From a bacterium (GTDB taxonomy: Bacteria; UBA8248): a stretch of 64,000 nt of DNA. Shown piece after piece: positions 37,841 through 48,244 of this stretch (position 1 is its first letter; each line of letters begins with the position of its first letter). The notes below the pieces were generated by a model. That model was not told the DNA's origin, ran no database searches, and saw only the letters and a list, made by a program, of their open reading frames with translations. Position numbers and translations under genes: made by a program. Where the stretch lies: contig CBDBZU010000004.1 of the NCBI GenBank assembly GCA_965213625.1, positions 3,744,001 to 3,808,000 on the forward strand. Reading direction: 5' to 3'.

Positions 37841-39381
37841 TCCGCCTCCCCGTAGCCCCCGCCGCCCGGCGTGATGAGCGTGAGGGTATCGCCCGGCTCC
37901 ATGTCGGTGGTGCCCTTGGGGTCGATTTCTTGCTCGTTGATGCGCACCTGCCCCCGCCCGCCTTGCCCGCCGCCGAACAGGCCAGGTGCTGCCGATTTCG
38001 TGCGCTCGGCCATGAACGAGACAGTGATGCGCGCGGGCGAATCGTTGCGGAAGACGATGCGCTGCCCGCAGCCGCCCCGGAACTGCCCGGCGCCGCCGGA
38101 ATCTCTCAGTATCGTCTTCTCGATGAGCGTGAAGGGCGTGATGCGCTCGATGACCTCTATGGGCGTGTGGGAGACGTTGCTGGGATAGCTCAGGCACGCA
38201 TGCCCGTCTCCGCGCCCGGTGGCGCCCGTGCCCCCGTTCTGGAAGAAGAGCCCGGCCGTCCGCACCCCGCGCTTGTCCAGCCCCGTATAGTTCACGCACC
38301 AGAGCGGAGAGCCGCTCGCCGCGGGCACCTCCTCGGGGATGACGGGTGCGAGCGCCTCGAAAACGGCGGCGGGCAGATAGTGGCCCACCAGCATCCGGCC
38401 GCCTCCCGCGGCGGGATGGAGCGGCTCCAGGATGCTGCCCGGCTCCGTCCGCACGTCGATGGGCCTGAAACACCCCTCGTTGTTGGGAACCTCGGGGCAC
38501 AGGACGCACTTGATGGGGTAGACCGAATAGGCATAGGTGTAGTTGTAGGCCACGTTCACGGCGCGGTCGACCTGGGGCGAGGAGCCCGCATAGTCGATCA
38601 CCAAGGAATCGCCTGTCTTCTCGATTCTCGTCCGCACCCGTATGGGTTCGGCAAGTCCGTCGGTCTCGATCTCGGACACGAATTCCCCGTCGGGCAGACG
38701 GCGCAGGGCGTCGCGCATGGCTTTCTCCGAGCGTCCCTGTATCTCCTTCGTCAGCGCGCGCAAATCATCGAGACCGTATTCATCCAGCAGATCGCCGAGG
38801 CGCTTTTCCGCCAGGCGGTTCGCCGTGAGCTGGGCGTTGATGTCGCCCATCACCAGGTCGGGCACGCGCACGTTGTAGCGGATGAGGTCGATGAGCGTCT
38901 GGTCGGGCTCGCCGCGCCGGTACATCTTCATCATCGGGATCTGGAGGCCCTCCTCGTAGACCTCCCTCGGGTCGGGGGAGCGGATTTTTCCGCCGATATC
39001 CGGCAGATGGGCCGTGCTGGCCGAGAAGCCGATGAATTTGTTTCGGTAGAACACGGGCTTCACGATGTTCACGTCGGGGAGATGGCCCGTTCCGTACCAG
39101 ATGTCGTTGGTGATGAGGATGTCGCCGGGCTCTAAAGTTTCGGGCGGAAACGCTCTTAAGAAATGGCGAACCGTTATCGGCAGGGTGCCGATGAACGAGG
39201 CGATGCTGGCGGAGGACTGCACGAGGGAGTGGCCCTGATCGTCGGTGATCACACAGGAGAAATCGTTCGATTCGCGCACCAAAGTCGAGAAAGAGGTGCG
39301 CACCAGCGTCGCCGCCGCCTCGTCCACGATGCCGATGAGGCGCCGCCAGAGCACTTCCAGCGTGATGGGATCGAACGACAT
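37837..39381 (-). CDS. Hydantoinase B/oxoprolinase subunit
   Basis: DPITLEV, ESNDFS, TGHLPD, DSGGAGQFRGG and TPGGGGYG motifs. Confidence 0.92.
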   Translation of the reverse strand: MSFDPITLEVLWRRLIGIVDEAAATLVRTSFSTLVRESNDFSCVITDDQGHSLVQSSASIASFIGTLPITVRHFLRAFPPETLEPGDILITNDIWYGTGHLPDVNIVKPVFYRNKFIGFSASTAHLPDIGGKIRSPDPREVYEEGLQIPMMKMYRRGEPDQTLIDLIRYNVRVPDLVMGDINAQLTANRLAEKRLGDLLDEYGLDDLRALTKEIQGRSEKAMRDALRRLPDGEFVSEIETDGLAEPIRVRTRIEKTGDSLVIDYAGSSPQVDRAVNVAYNYTYAYSVYPIKCVLCPEVPNNEGCFRPIDVRTEPGSILEPLHPAAGGGRMLVGHYLPAAVFEALAPVIPEEVPAASGSPLWCVNYTGLDKRGVRTAGLFFQNGGTGATGRGDGHACLSYPSNVSHTPIEVIERITPFTLIEKTILRDSGGAGQFRGGCGQRIVFRNDSPARITVSFMAERTKSAAPGLFGGGQGGRGQVRINEQEIDPKGTTDMEPGDTLTLITPGGGGYGEAE

Positions 39382-41468
39382 TATCCGTTCACCTCGATGA
39401 CGATGTGGCCGCCCGCATCTTTCCGAAAACGCGCGTCTTCGGGCACCACGATGGTGGATTCACGCTCCTCGACGATGGCGGGGCCGGAGAATTCCTGCCC
39501 GGCGGGCAGCGAATACCGATGATACACGCGCGCCTCACCGAAACCACGCTCGGGACCCGCGTATATCTTTCTCCTCCCCTTATCGAATTCCGCCTCGTCC
39601 GTGAGCGGCGCGACGTCCATGCCTTGAGGACCCGGCCCCAGCATCGTCAGCCGCCACGCGGCCACCTCTGCCGCCACGTTCTCGATTTTTCTCAAATACC
39701 GCCGCTCATAGGCGCGCTCGAAGGACTCCTGCATATGTGCGCTATCGCGAACCGGCATCCCGCCCGCCTCGGGCAAGGGGACGCTCACCGTATCCGTCTG
39801 CCCCCGGTAGCGCATGTCGGCTGCGCACAGAAACTCCCAGCGTCCGTCCACGCCGATTCTATCGCCCAGGGAATCCTTCATCTGAGCGGCCATCTCCCGG
39901 TACAACGCCTCGACACACGTCCAGTCGACGGCATCCACGTCGGACACCAGGACGCGGACAGCGTCCGCCCTCGGCCTTGCCGCCAGAAGGCCGGCCGCCG
40001 ATGCCACGCCCACGTCCGGCGGGCAGACGATACGGCGGATGTAGAGTTTTTTCGCCATGTGGCAGGCATGAAGCGGTGCGGCCCCGCCCGTGGCGATCAA
40101 GGCGTAGTTCCTGGGGTCGCCCCCTTTTTCGGCGATGTGCACGCGCGCGGCGCTCGCCATCTGCTCTGTGATGATCTCATAAATGCCCCACGCCGCATCC
40201 TCGATGCGCATGTCCAGCTTACCGGCCAGGGACGATACGGCCTCTCGCGCTCGTTCTGCGTCTAGCCGCATGGCGCCGCCCAGGAAAAAATCGGGATTGA
40301 GATAGCCCAGGAGCAGGTTCGCATCCGTAACGGTGGGCTTAACGCCACCCTGGGCGTAGCAGGCGGGCCCCGGCATCGCGCCAGCACTCTGGGGACCGAC
40401 CCGGATCAGCCCCAGGTCGCTTATCTGCGCGATGCTCCCGCCGCCCGCGCCAATCTCGACCAGATCCACCGTGGGCGAGAGGATGGGCAGTCCGCTCCCC
40501 TTTTGGAACCTCGATGTCCGCGCCACCTCGAAGCGGTTCTCCGTCGCGGGTTCGCCGTCTTCGATCAGACAGATCTTGGCCGTGGTGCCGCCCATATCGA
40601 ATCCCAGGGCGTGGGCCTCGCCCAGTGAGCGGGCGATTTGCGCCGCCGCGAGCGCGCCGCCCGCAGGCCCCGACTCGATGATGCGCACCGGATGCTCGCG
40701 CACGCTGTCAATCGTGGCGAAGCCGGAATTGGAGAGCATGATGAAGAGATCGCCCGCGAAGCCCAAATCCCGCAGGCTGGCGAGCAGGCGCGTCAGGTAC
40801 GCATCGGCGATGGGCCGCACGTAGGCGTTCGCCGCCGTGGTGGAGGTGCGCTCGTACTCACCCGTCTCCGGGGCCACCTCGGATGAGATGGAAACGGGCA
40901 TATCGCCCGCGACTTGCTCGATGGCCGCCTGAGCCGCCCTTTCGTTCGCAGGATTCACGGGCGCATGGAGGAACGATACGGCGATGGATTCCGCCCCCAG
41001 CTTGAGGAGTCTTTCCGCCTCGCGCTTCACGGCCTCTACGTCCAGAGCGGCCACCACCTCGCCATCCACGTGGACGCGTTCGGGCGCCTCGGCCCGCAAC
41101 TCCCCGGGAACAAGCGGCTCGGGCATCTCCTGGTGCAGGTCGTACAGGTCGAAGCGCTTCTCACGGCCGATCTCGATGACGTCTGAGAACCCCTTTGTGG
41201 TGATGAGGCCCGTGCGCGCTCCCTTTCTCTCGATAAGCGCGTTGGTGATAAGGGTGGTGGCGTGCACGATGCTCGCGAGGCCGGACGCTTCAAGGCCTGC
41301 GGACTTTAATATGTTTTGAAAACCTGTAAGCGTGCCCTCGGCGGGATCATCGGGCGTGGTCAGCACTTTGGCGATATGGACCGCGCCGCGCGCCTCGTCG
41401 ATGAGCACGAGGTCGGTGAACGTGCCCCCGATGTCTATCCCTAAGCGAATTTTCATATTTTTACTCAT
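39381..41468 (-). CDS. Hydantoinase A/oxoprolinase subunit
   Basis: DIGGTFTD, ESGPAGG, DMGGTT, GAGGGS, PTVTDA and DMRYRGQ motifs. Confidence 0.92.
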   Translation of the reverse strand: MSKNMKIRLGIDIGGTFTDLVLIDEARGAVHIAKVLTTPDDPAEGTLTGFQNILKSAGLEASGLASIVHATTLITNALIERKGARTGLITTKGFSDVIEIGREKRFDLYDLHQEMPEPLVPGELRAEAPERVHVDGEVVAALDVEAVKREAERLLKLGAESIAVSFLHAPVNPANERAAQAAIEQVAGDMPVSISSEVAPETGEYERTSTTAANAYVRPIADAYLTRLLASLRDLGFAGDLFIMLSNSGFATIDSVREHPVRIIESGPAGGALAAAQIARSLGEAHALGFDMGGTTAKICLIEDGEPATENRFEVARTSRFQKGSGLPILSPTVDLVEIGAGGGSIAQISDLGLIRVGPQSAGAMPGPACYAQGGVKPTVTDANLLLGYLNPDFFLGGAMRLDAERAREAVSSLAGKLDMRIEDAAWGIYEIITEQMASAARVHIAEKGGDPRNYALIATGGAAPLHACHMAKKLYIRRIVCPPDVGVASAAGLLAARPRADAVRVLVSDVDAVDWTCVEALYREMAAQMKDSLGDRIGVDGRWEFLCAADMRYRGQTDTVSVPLPEAGGMPVRDSAHMQESFERAYERRYLRKIENVAAEVAAWRLTMLGPGPQGMDVAPLTDEAEFDKGRRKIYAGPERGFGEARVYHRYSLPAGQEFSGPAIVEERESTIVVPEDARFRKDAGGHIVIEVNG

Positions 41469-42433
41469 CATTCCGCGTTCAGGAGTATCTCGCCGTCTTT
41501 GATAATGGCTTCGCCGTCGAACCAGACAGAAGGCGCGCGGATGATGGCATCGAAGTGGGTCTTTGCCTGCACGTCGCCGCCCAGCATGGCGGAGGTGCCG
41601 ATACCGATGTGGATCGTGCCGTTCACGCCCTCATCGTTCAGCATCTCGCCGGTGAAATCCTTGCATTCGGGATTCAGGCCCATCGCGAACTGCGCAATGT
41701 TGTAGACCCACTTATCGTTCTGCGCGGCCAGAAGTTTTCGGAGGAAATCCGCCTGCCGCCCGCCCGATATCTCCCGCACGAAGCCATCCTCAATACGAAA
41801 AGTAACAGGCTCCTCGATAACCCCCACGCCGTAATAGGGAATGCTGCCGTCCACCACGAGCGCGCCGTTCGTCGTCCCGTCCAGAGGCGACGTGTTGGCC
41901 TCGATGTTGGGAACGGCAGTGAAGCCTGGGCCGTCGAGCACGCAGGCATGACTGTTGCCCGCGCGTCCTTCAATAGAGAGCGTAAGTTCGGTGCCCGCCG
42001 GGTTGGTGACGCGCACCTCAGTCGCCTCGCTCAAACGCGCCGCCAGGGCGTCGCAAAGCGGTTTTCTGGCCCTGAAATCCGCCATCAGGCCGCCGTGTTC
42101 CATCTGGCCGGGCGTGAACGCCGTCATCGAGAGCACGCGCGCGCCCGCGCCGACCGCCTCCCTCGTCGCCCGCGTATGGGCCAGAGCGTGGGTGACGGGC
42201 AGGAAAACCACGTCGGACGCCCGCATCGCCTCAGCCACGGCGCGCGGCGGCTCCTCGTTGTCGATGCTTCTGGGTGGCGAGACGGCGATGGTGGCCCGAG
42301 CGCCCAAGTCTCCCGCCTCGGCACTTAGCGCCTGCGCGATGAGAAGACGCTCGGCGTCTGTTACGATGAGCACATCCTCGCCTTCCTTCACGCCGGCGCA
42401 GTCGCCCACAAGAATTTTCGCACCTTTTTTCAC
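41468..42433 (-). CDS. Peptidase M29/aminopeptidase T-like metalloprotein
   Basis: EPP..VAEAM, GTELT, NIAQFAMGLNP, DEG..GTIHIGIG and HFD; GTG start after AGGA. Confidence 0.8.
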   Translation of the reverse strand: MKKGAKILVGDCAGVKEGEDVLIVTDAERLLIAQALSAEAGDLGARATIAVSPPRSIDNEEPPRAVAEAMRASDVVFLPVTHALAHTRATREAVGAGARVLSMTAFTPGQMEHGGLMADFRARKPLCDALAARLSEATEVRVTNPAGTELTLSIEGRAGNSHACVLDGPGFTAVPNIEANTSPLDGTTNGALVVDGSIPYYGVGVIEEPVTFRIEDGFVREISGGRQADFLRKLLAAQNDKWVYNIAQFAMGLNPECKDFTGEMLNDEGVNGTIHIGIGTSAMLGGDVQAKTHFDAIIRAPSVWFDGEAIIKDGEILLNAE

Positions 42434-42604
42434 GAAACGTTCCTTTTCCTGAGTTGTGAATCCATGATTGCGAAACGCGGTTCGCCTGTATCGCCTACCC
42501 TGTGGCGTAACGAAACCACGCAAGGGCTATGAATGCGTCTTTGCGCTGCGCCGTCTGCCCATATAAAAGTAGGAATCTACACCACGGGCTTGAGAGAGGC
42601 GAGT

Positions 42605-43321
42605 ATGACACAGGGAAAATCATCAGCACCGATATCCGGTATCGAGCGAGAGCGCCTGATGGATATCTACGAACGCCTGTATGCGCGCTTCGGTCCGCAG
42701 AATTGGTGGCCCGGCGAGACGACGCTCGAGATTTGTATTGGAGCCATTCTGGTCCAGAACACCTCGTGGACGAACGCGGCGCGCGCGATCGAAAACCTTA
42801 AAAAAGAGGGCCTCCTGACGGAGGGCGCGCTCGAGAAAGTGCGACGCGACCGCCTCGCCCGCCTCATCCGGCCCGCCCGGTTTTTCAACATGAAGGCAAA
42901 AAGAATCAAGGGGTTCATCGCCTACCTCTCGAAACGCTTCGAATGTGACGTGGACAATTTTTTAAGCCTGCCGACGGATGAGTTGCACGCGGAACTCATG
43001 GGCCTGGACGGCGTGGGGCGCGAGACGGCCGATTCCATTACGCTCTACGCCGCAGGGAGGCCCGCTTTCGTGGTGGACGCCTACACGAAGCGCATATTCT
43101 CCCGGCTCAGGCATTTTGCGGCGTCTAAAAACGGGGACAGGGACTACCTCGCCTTACAGGAGAGCCTCACGGCGCATTTGCCCGAAGATGTGGCCCTATT
43201 CAATGAATACCACGCCCTTCTCGTGCGCCTGGGGCATACCTTCTGCCGCCCCACGCCCAAATGCGGCGAGTGCCCGCTCCGGGCGGTGTGTCCGTATCCT
43301 GGAGATGACGCGGAGGGATGA
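42605..43321 (+). CDS. Endonuclease III-related HhH-GPD glycosylase
   Basis: WWP, GAILVQNTSW, GVGRETAD, VDAY and FCRPTPKCGECPLRAVC (Fe-S motif). Confidence 0.9.
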   Translation: MTQGKSSAPISGIERERLMDIYERLYARFGPQNWWPGETTLEICIGAILVQNTSWTNAARAIENLKKEGLLTEGALEKVRRDRLARLIRPARFFNMKAKRIKGFIAYLSKRFECDVDNFLSLPTDELHAELMGLDGVGRETADSITLYAAGRPAFVVDAYTKRIFSRLRHFAASKNGDRDYLALQESLTAHLPEDVALFNEYHALLVRLGHTFCRPTPKCGECPLRAVCPYPGDDAEG

Positions 43322-43353
43322 CGGGGAGAGGGGAGAAATTAGTCCTCCATTGA

Positions 43354-43770
43354 GGGGTCTGTTGAAAAAGTCATTTCCACCTCATCCTGAGTAGCGGCGA
43401 AGCCGCGTATCGAAGGATTGACCCGATTGAGGAACGAGGGTCGGAACGGGGCACGAGGCGTTCGGCTCCCCTCGTCCCACGATACGGCCCTTGCGGGCCT
43501 ACTCGGGATGAGGAGGTTTGTTACGCGCGCGCTTTTGAATTTCACTCCCCACTTGAGGGTCGGTCTATCCTCCTCGGGTAGACCGACGATGAAGCCGAGC
43601 GGTTTGTGCGAAGGCTGAATCGGTGGGGGGGTAAAATGCGATTTATCGCCATTCCGAGTTATACCCCCCACCGAATCGCTTTCGGGCTTACGCCCTCAGC
43701 TCTTCGACTCCCCCTCAAGGGGGGAGTGAAATTCAGTGCGCTCCTTCTGTAGGACTTTTTCAACAACCCC
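43354..43770. mobile_element. MITE-like element carrying two other palindromic repeat families
   Basis: Ends GGGGTCTGTTGAAAAAGTC and GACTTTTTCAACAACCCC; inverted REP pair 43380-43513; AATTTCACTCCCC...GGGGAGTGAAATT unit at about 43538-43733. Confidence 0.7.
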
Positions 43771-43793
43771 AATAAGAGAGGATGTAATTCAGT

Positions 43794-43882
43794 GTAGGGG
43801 ACGCATACATGCGTCCCGCATGCCACGAGCCGGTCGGGCGGCCGCATTTAAGTAGCGCTCCCATGAAGGGAGCGCTACCTAC
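43794..43882. repeat. GTAG-type REP palindromes
   Basis: GTAGGGGACGCATACATGCGTCCC and GTAGCGCTCCC-ATGAA-GGGAGCGCTAC. Confidence 0.65.
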
Positions 43883-44002
43883 AAAACCGCATATTCTAGC
43901 TCGTTAATGGGTTAGATTTCCCGCAACGATTTGTAATCGCCCTACGCGCTGCTCCCTCTCCGAATCTCCCGAAAGAAACCCCGCGCACCGAAATCCCCGA
44001 GC

Positions 44003-44785
44003 CTACACGACCGGGCAGAAGCCCCCGTCGATGTTCACCGCCGTCCCGGTGATGAAAGACGCGGCGTCCGAGGCGAGAAAACAGGCCATGTTGGCGTATT
44101 CCTCGGCCGTTCCCATCCTGCCGAGCGGAATGTCGCTCCCCGCATCGGCGACGTATTCCTCAAACGAAACTTCCGGATTTTCCCGCTCGTAGCGCCGCGC
44201 GATCTGATCCGTCACGATGCGGCCCGTGCACAGCGCGTTCACGAGCACGTTGTAGGGCGCGCCTTCGCCCGCCAGCACCTTGGTCATCGCCATGCCAGCG
44301 GCGCGCGAGACCGACGTGGGCGCACTCGTTGCGGGCGGCGCCTTTCCCGCCACCGTCACGACGTTGATGATGCGGCCCCAGCGGCGCTCCTTCATCGCGG
44401 GGAAAGCGAGGCGGCAGGTCCTGATGGCGCCGAAGAGTTTGAGCCCCAGGTCCTCCTCCCACATCTCGTCGGTTATCTCCTCGAACGGCCCCCGGGTGGA
44501 GGTGCCTGCGTTGTTGACCAGTATGTCGATTTGCCCCAAATCCCCGAGCGCTGCGGCCCACATCGCCTTGATCGATTCGGCATCACCCAAATCGCATGAG
44601 TAGGCGAAAACTTTACCGCCGGTGGCGGCTTCGATATCGCGCCTCGTCTCCTCCAATACGTCGGGCCGCCTCGCGACGATGGCCACCTCGGCCCCTGATT
44701 CAGAGAACTTGAGCGCCATGCCCCGGCCCATGCCCCGGCTGCCGCCCGTGATGAGCGCTTTTTTTCCGTCCAGACGAATGTCCAT
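44003..44785 (-). CDS. Short-chain dehydrogenase/reductase
   Basis: TGGSRGMG and LVNNAG; atypical catalytic segment (TSVSR instead of YxxxK). Confidence 0.9.
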   Translation of the reverse strand: MDIRLDGKKALITGGSRGMGRGMALKFSESGAEVAIVARRPDVLEETRRDIEAATGGKVFAYSCDLGDAESIKAMWAAALGDLGQIDILVNNAGTSTRGPFEEITDEMWEEDLGLKLFGAIRTCRLAFPAMKERRWGRIINVVTVAGKAPPATSAPTSVSRAAGMAMTKVLAGEGAPYNVLVNALCTGRIVTDQIARRYERENPEVSFEEYVADAGSDIPLGRMGTAEEYANMACFLASDAASFITGTAVNIDGGFCPVV

Positions 44786-44901
44786 GGTGAAGCTCCTCGA
44801 TTATTGAGTGGTTATTTATCCGTGGTAGCAAAAGAAAGATGTAAAAATTTTATCAGGCGTGGAGAAACTTCTTCGAGACGCGAATCCGCCCGAGCGTCCC
44901 C

Positions 44902-46587
44902 CTATGAAATCTTTGGCAGGGGCTGCTCGCGCGTCATGACCTCGACGATGGCCGGCTTGCCCGCAGAGAGCGCCGCCTCGATGGCTTCGTCCAGGTCGGC
45001 GGGGTCTTCCACCCGCACACCGAACGCGTCGAAAGAGCGCGCCATATCGGCGAAGTTTGGGCTCTTGAAGTCGCAGCCGTAGGCCGCGCCGTAGAGATTT
45101 TGCTGCTGGCGGTCTATCTGGCCGTAGGAGCCGTCGTTCAAGACAATCATCACGATATTGGCACCGTATTCGCTCGCCGTCACGAAGTCGCCGATGGTCA
45201 TCAGGAACGCGCCGTCGCCCACCAGGCCGATGACGTCGCGCTCGGGATATTCCATCTTGGCGACGATGGCCGTGGGCAGCGCGAAGGACATGGCGTTCCA
45301 CACGCCCGACTGCATGAAGGAGAACTGGTTCGTGAGCGGCACGTAGTAGCGCGCGAACATCTGGCAGTTGCCCACGTCGGAGACGACGATGGCGTCGGGC
45401 TTGATGTGGGCGGCTAGCTTTTCCATCAACAGCGCCGGGTGGACCGGCGTCTCGCTCTCATGGCCCTCGATTACCGTCAGAGCCTGCCTCCTCAAATCCG
45501 CTTTGCCCTGCGCGATCTGCTTTCTTACTTCGTCTTTCGCGCGTCCGTTCTCTTTCGCGAGATGCTCCTCCAGGGCGCTCAGGAACATGCCGGGGTCGGC
45601 GACGATTTCGTCCGTGCCTGTGTAGTTCGCATCCTCCGCGTCGTCGAAGCCGATGAATATCCGCCCTTCAGGCGCGTAGGGGTCGATGTGCTCCACCTCC
45701 GCGGTGGCGGCTCTCAGGCCGATGAACATCATCAGGTCGCACTTCTCGGTGACGCCGTCCATGAACGAATTATTTCTAAAAGCGAAATAATGCCCTACCG
45801 CCAACGGATGTTCCTCCGGGATGACGCCCATCGCGTCCTGGGGGTAGATGACGGGAATCGAAAACTTATCGGCGATTCGCGCGAGTTCTTCCATCGCCCC
45901 TTTGCGCATCACCCCCTTGCCCGCGCAGATAACGGGATATTTCGCCGCCAGCAGCCTGCGCGCGTACTGGGCGACGTCCTCCGCATTGGGGGCGACGACT
46001 TCCACCGGCTGCGGCGCGTATTCCGGCAGCGCGATGGGGGCTTCCTGCAACAGATGGGGGCTGTAGTCGGTGAGTCTCGGTATCTCTACGTGCACCGGAC
46101 CCGGCCTCCCGCTTCTTGCGACCTGGAACGCCCTGGCCATGACGCCTGAGATGTCTTCCATACGCTTCACGCGAACACTCCACTTGGTGACCTTCCGGAA
46201 CATCTCGACCAGAAATTCGGGGTCGTCCACCCCGTGGAACGCCTCGCGCGACGCATCCAGCGGCACGGAACCCGTGATGTGCACCATCGGCGACGCCGCG
46301 CCATAGGCCTGGGCCACGCCCGCGATGGAGTTCGCACCGCCGGGCCCCGCCGTGAGCAGGCATACGCCGGGCTCTCCGGTGAGCCGCCCGTAGGCGTCAG
46401 CCATCAGGGAGGCGTTCGGCTCCTGCTTGCAGGTGACGAGACCGATGGAGGGGGCTTGCCTCAGCGCATCGTAGAACTGAAGAAGATGAGAACCGGGCAG
46501 GCAATACAGCCTTTTGACGTTTTCCCTGACGAGCGCGTCTACAACTATCTGGCCCGCGTGCGCGGGCGCTCCGACTTCAAATGGCAT
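44902..46587 (-). CDS. Thiamine diphosphate-dependent enzyme (AHAS-like)
   Basis: QEPNASLMADAYGR, GPG, RPGPVH and GDGAF..ND motifs. Confidence 0.9.
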   Translation of the reverse strand: MPFEVGAPAHAGQIVVDALVRENVKRLYCLPGSHLLQFYDALRQAPSIGLVTCKQEPNASLMADAYGRLTGEPGVCLLTAGPGGANSIAGVAQAYGAASPMVHITGSVPLDASREAFHGVDDPEFLVEMFRKVTKWSVRVKRMEDISGVMARAFQVARSGRPGPVHVEIPRLTDYSPHLLQEAPIALPEYAPQPVEVVAPNAEDVAQYARRLLAAKYPVICAGKGVMRKGAMEELARIADKFSIPVIYPQDAMGVIPEEHPLAVGHYFAFRNNSFMDGVTEKCDLMMFIGLRAATAEVEHIDPYAPEGRIFIGFDDAEDANYTGTDEIVADPGMFLSALEEHLAKENGRAKDEVRKQIAQGKADLRRQALTVIEGHESETPVHPALLMEKLAAHIKPDAIVVSDVGNCQMFARYYVPLTNQFSFMQSGVWNAMSFALPTAIVAKMEYPERDVIGLVGDGAFLMTIGDFVTASEYGANIVMIVLNDGSYGQIDRQQQNLYGAAYGCDFKSPNFADMARSFDAFGVRVEDPADLDEAIEAALSAGKPAIVEVMTREQPLPKIS

Positions 46588-46659
46588 GGTTGAACTTTCT
46601 TATACTAATAGTAACGATGAAAAAAGCTGGAATTCGTCGAACCAAGGGAGATGTCTTAC

Positions 46660-46992
46660 TCATTCCTCCGCCCTGTTCGTCCGCCTGATGAGTTCGTGAA
46701 ACGCCGCTATGCTTTCATCGTGCTTCGCCATGGTTTCCCTGTGATTCTTGTCGATTTTTTCCATAGATTCCTTGTGGTTCGCCATGAATTGCTCGTGGTT
46801 CGTCATGACTTCTTCGTGATTCGTTCTCGTGCCTCTGATGAGTTCGTCGAGCGCTTTTTCTCTCATGATCAAATCGCGGCGCATCATGACGAGGCCCCCG
46901 CCAATGAGCGCGCATTGCGAAAACCCGACCAGGGCAGCAACCAGCACGCCCATTCTCTGCACCGCCAGCGTCGCTATTTCGAATTCCGTCAT
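46660..46992 (-). CDS. Small membrane-anchored coiled-coil protein with His heptads
   Basis: N-terminal hydrophobic helix, then NHEEVMT-NHEQFMA-NHKESME..NHRETMA-KHDESIA. Confidence 0.65.
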   Translation of the reverse strand: MTEFEIATLAVQRMGVLVAALVGFSQCALIGGGLVMMRRDLIMREKALDELIRGTRTNHEEVMTNHEQFMANHKESMEKIDKNHRETMAKHDESIAAFHELIRRTNRAEE

Positions 46993-47151
46993 CTTGCGAA
47001 CCCCTCTTTTAAGGAAGGGTCCTCATCGCCATGTTAGCGACCGCAATGGCCTCTGACAAGGGAGCCCATCGCCTCGGCGGCACTTGATGGCGCATCTTTC
47101 GGCGGCTTGAAACAAGCGAATCAAAAACTGGAAACCGTATAATCCTCAATA

Positions 47152-48231
47152 CTACGCGCCCGATTTTTCGATGTGCGCGCAGAGGTAATCGCCCACTTCC
47201 CGGGTATTCAGCGAACCGCCGAGATCGGCCGTGGTCTTTTTCTCGCGGACGGCGGAGCGTATCGCCTCCCAGATCATGTCCGCCGCCTTATCGAGACCCA
47301 GCGTGTTCAGCAAGATTCTCCCTGTGAGGCAGACCGCGAAGGGGTTCGCGATTCCCTTGAGTGCGATATCGGGCGCTGTGCCGTGGACGGGCTCGAACAT
47401 GCAAACGCGGCCCGGGTGGATGCACCCGGACGCCGCCAGCCCCACGCCCCCCACGAGGCCTGCGCAGAGATCGCTCAGGATGTCGCCGAACATGTTGTTG
47501 GTGACGATGACGCCGAATTCCTCAGGCTTGAACAGGAGATCCTGGCACAGGGTGTCGATGAAGTAGTGCTCGCCCTCAACGTCTGTGAATTCCTCCGATA
47601 CCGCCCAGAAAACGCGCTGCCACAAACCGTGCGCGTGGATGATGGAGCCGTGCTTGTCCGCCATGGTCACCTTGGGGTAGCCGTGTTTTCGCGCGTATTC
47701 GAAGGCGTAGCGGCAGATGCGCGAGACGCCCTTATAGGTGTTGACGTCCTCCTGGATGGCGACTTCATCCGGCGTTCCCTTCTTGAAGTTGCCGCCCACG
47801 CGCACGTTCAACCCTTCGGTGTTCTCGCGCACGACGACGAGGTCGATCCGGGCGTCCCTCTTCAGTGGAGAAAAATCCGGGTGCAGGAGCGGCGCCGGCC
47901 TTAAGTTCACGTACAAATCCAGTTCGAAGCGAAGCGCGCGCAGGAGATCGCGGCAGTTCACGTCCGCAGGAATCCTGGGGTCGAGGCCGGCGCTTCCGAA
48001 CAGGATGGCGTCGTGTTTGTCCGCCAGACCCCGCACCAGGCCTTCCACGTCTTCCGGCAGCGGGGTTCCGTGTTCGAGATAGTGGAGCGCGCCGTAGTCG
48101 TATACTTGCGGCTCGACGGCCACCCCCTCGGCGCCCGCCGCCGCCCGGATTACCTCCGTCGCCACGGGCAGCACGTCGTGCCCTACGCCGTCGCCCAGAA
48201 TCACCGCCAGGGAAATCGATTTGTCGTTCAT
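47152..48231 (-). CDS. Isocitrate/isopropylmalate dehydrogenase family protein
   Basis: GDGVG, VNLRP, RENTEG, NMFGDILSD and FEPVHGTAPDIA motifs. Confidence 0.9.
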   Translation of the reverse strand: MNDKSISLAVILGDGVGHDVLPVATEVIRAAAGAEGVAVEPQVYDYGALHYLEHGTPLPEDVEGLVRGLADKHDAILFGSAGLDPRIPADVNCRDLLRALRFELDLYVNLRPAPLLHPDFSPLKRDARIDLVVVRENTEGLNVRVGGNFKKGTPDEVAIQEDVNTYKGVSRICRYAFEYARKHGYPKVTMADKHGSIIHAHGLWQRVFWAVSEEFTDVEGEHYFIDTLCQDLLFKPEEFGVIVTNNMFGDILSDLCAGLVGGVGLAASGCIHPGRVCMFEPVHGTAPDIALKGIANPFAVCLTGRILLNTLGLDKAADMIWEAIRSAVREKKTTADLGGSLNTREVGDYLCAHIEKSGA

Positions 48232-48244
48232 TGGATTCCCCCGA

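Noticed and set aside
37841-38509. Long N-terminal extension of the PPOX ORF in the ORF track
   Set aside because: Out-of-frame overlap with hydantoinase B; the real start is at 37840
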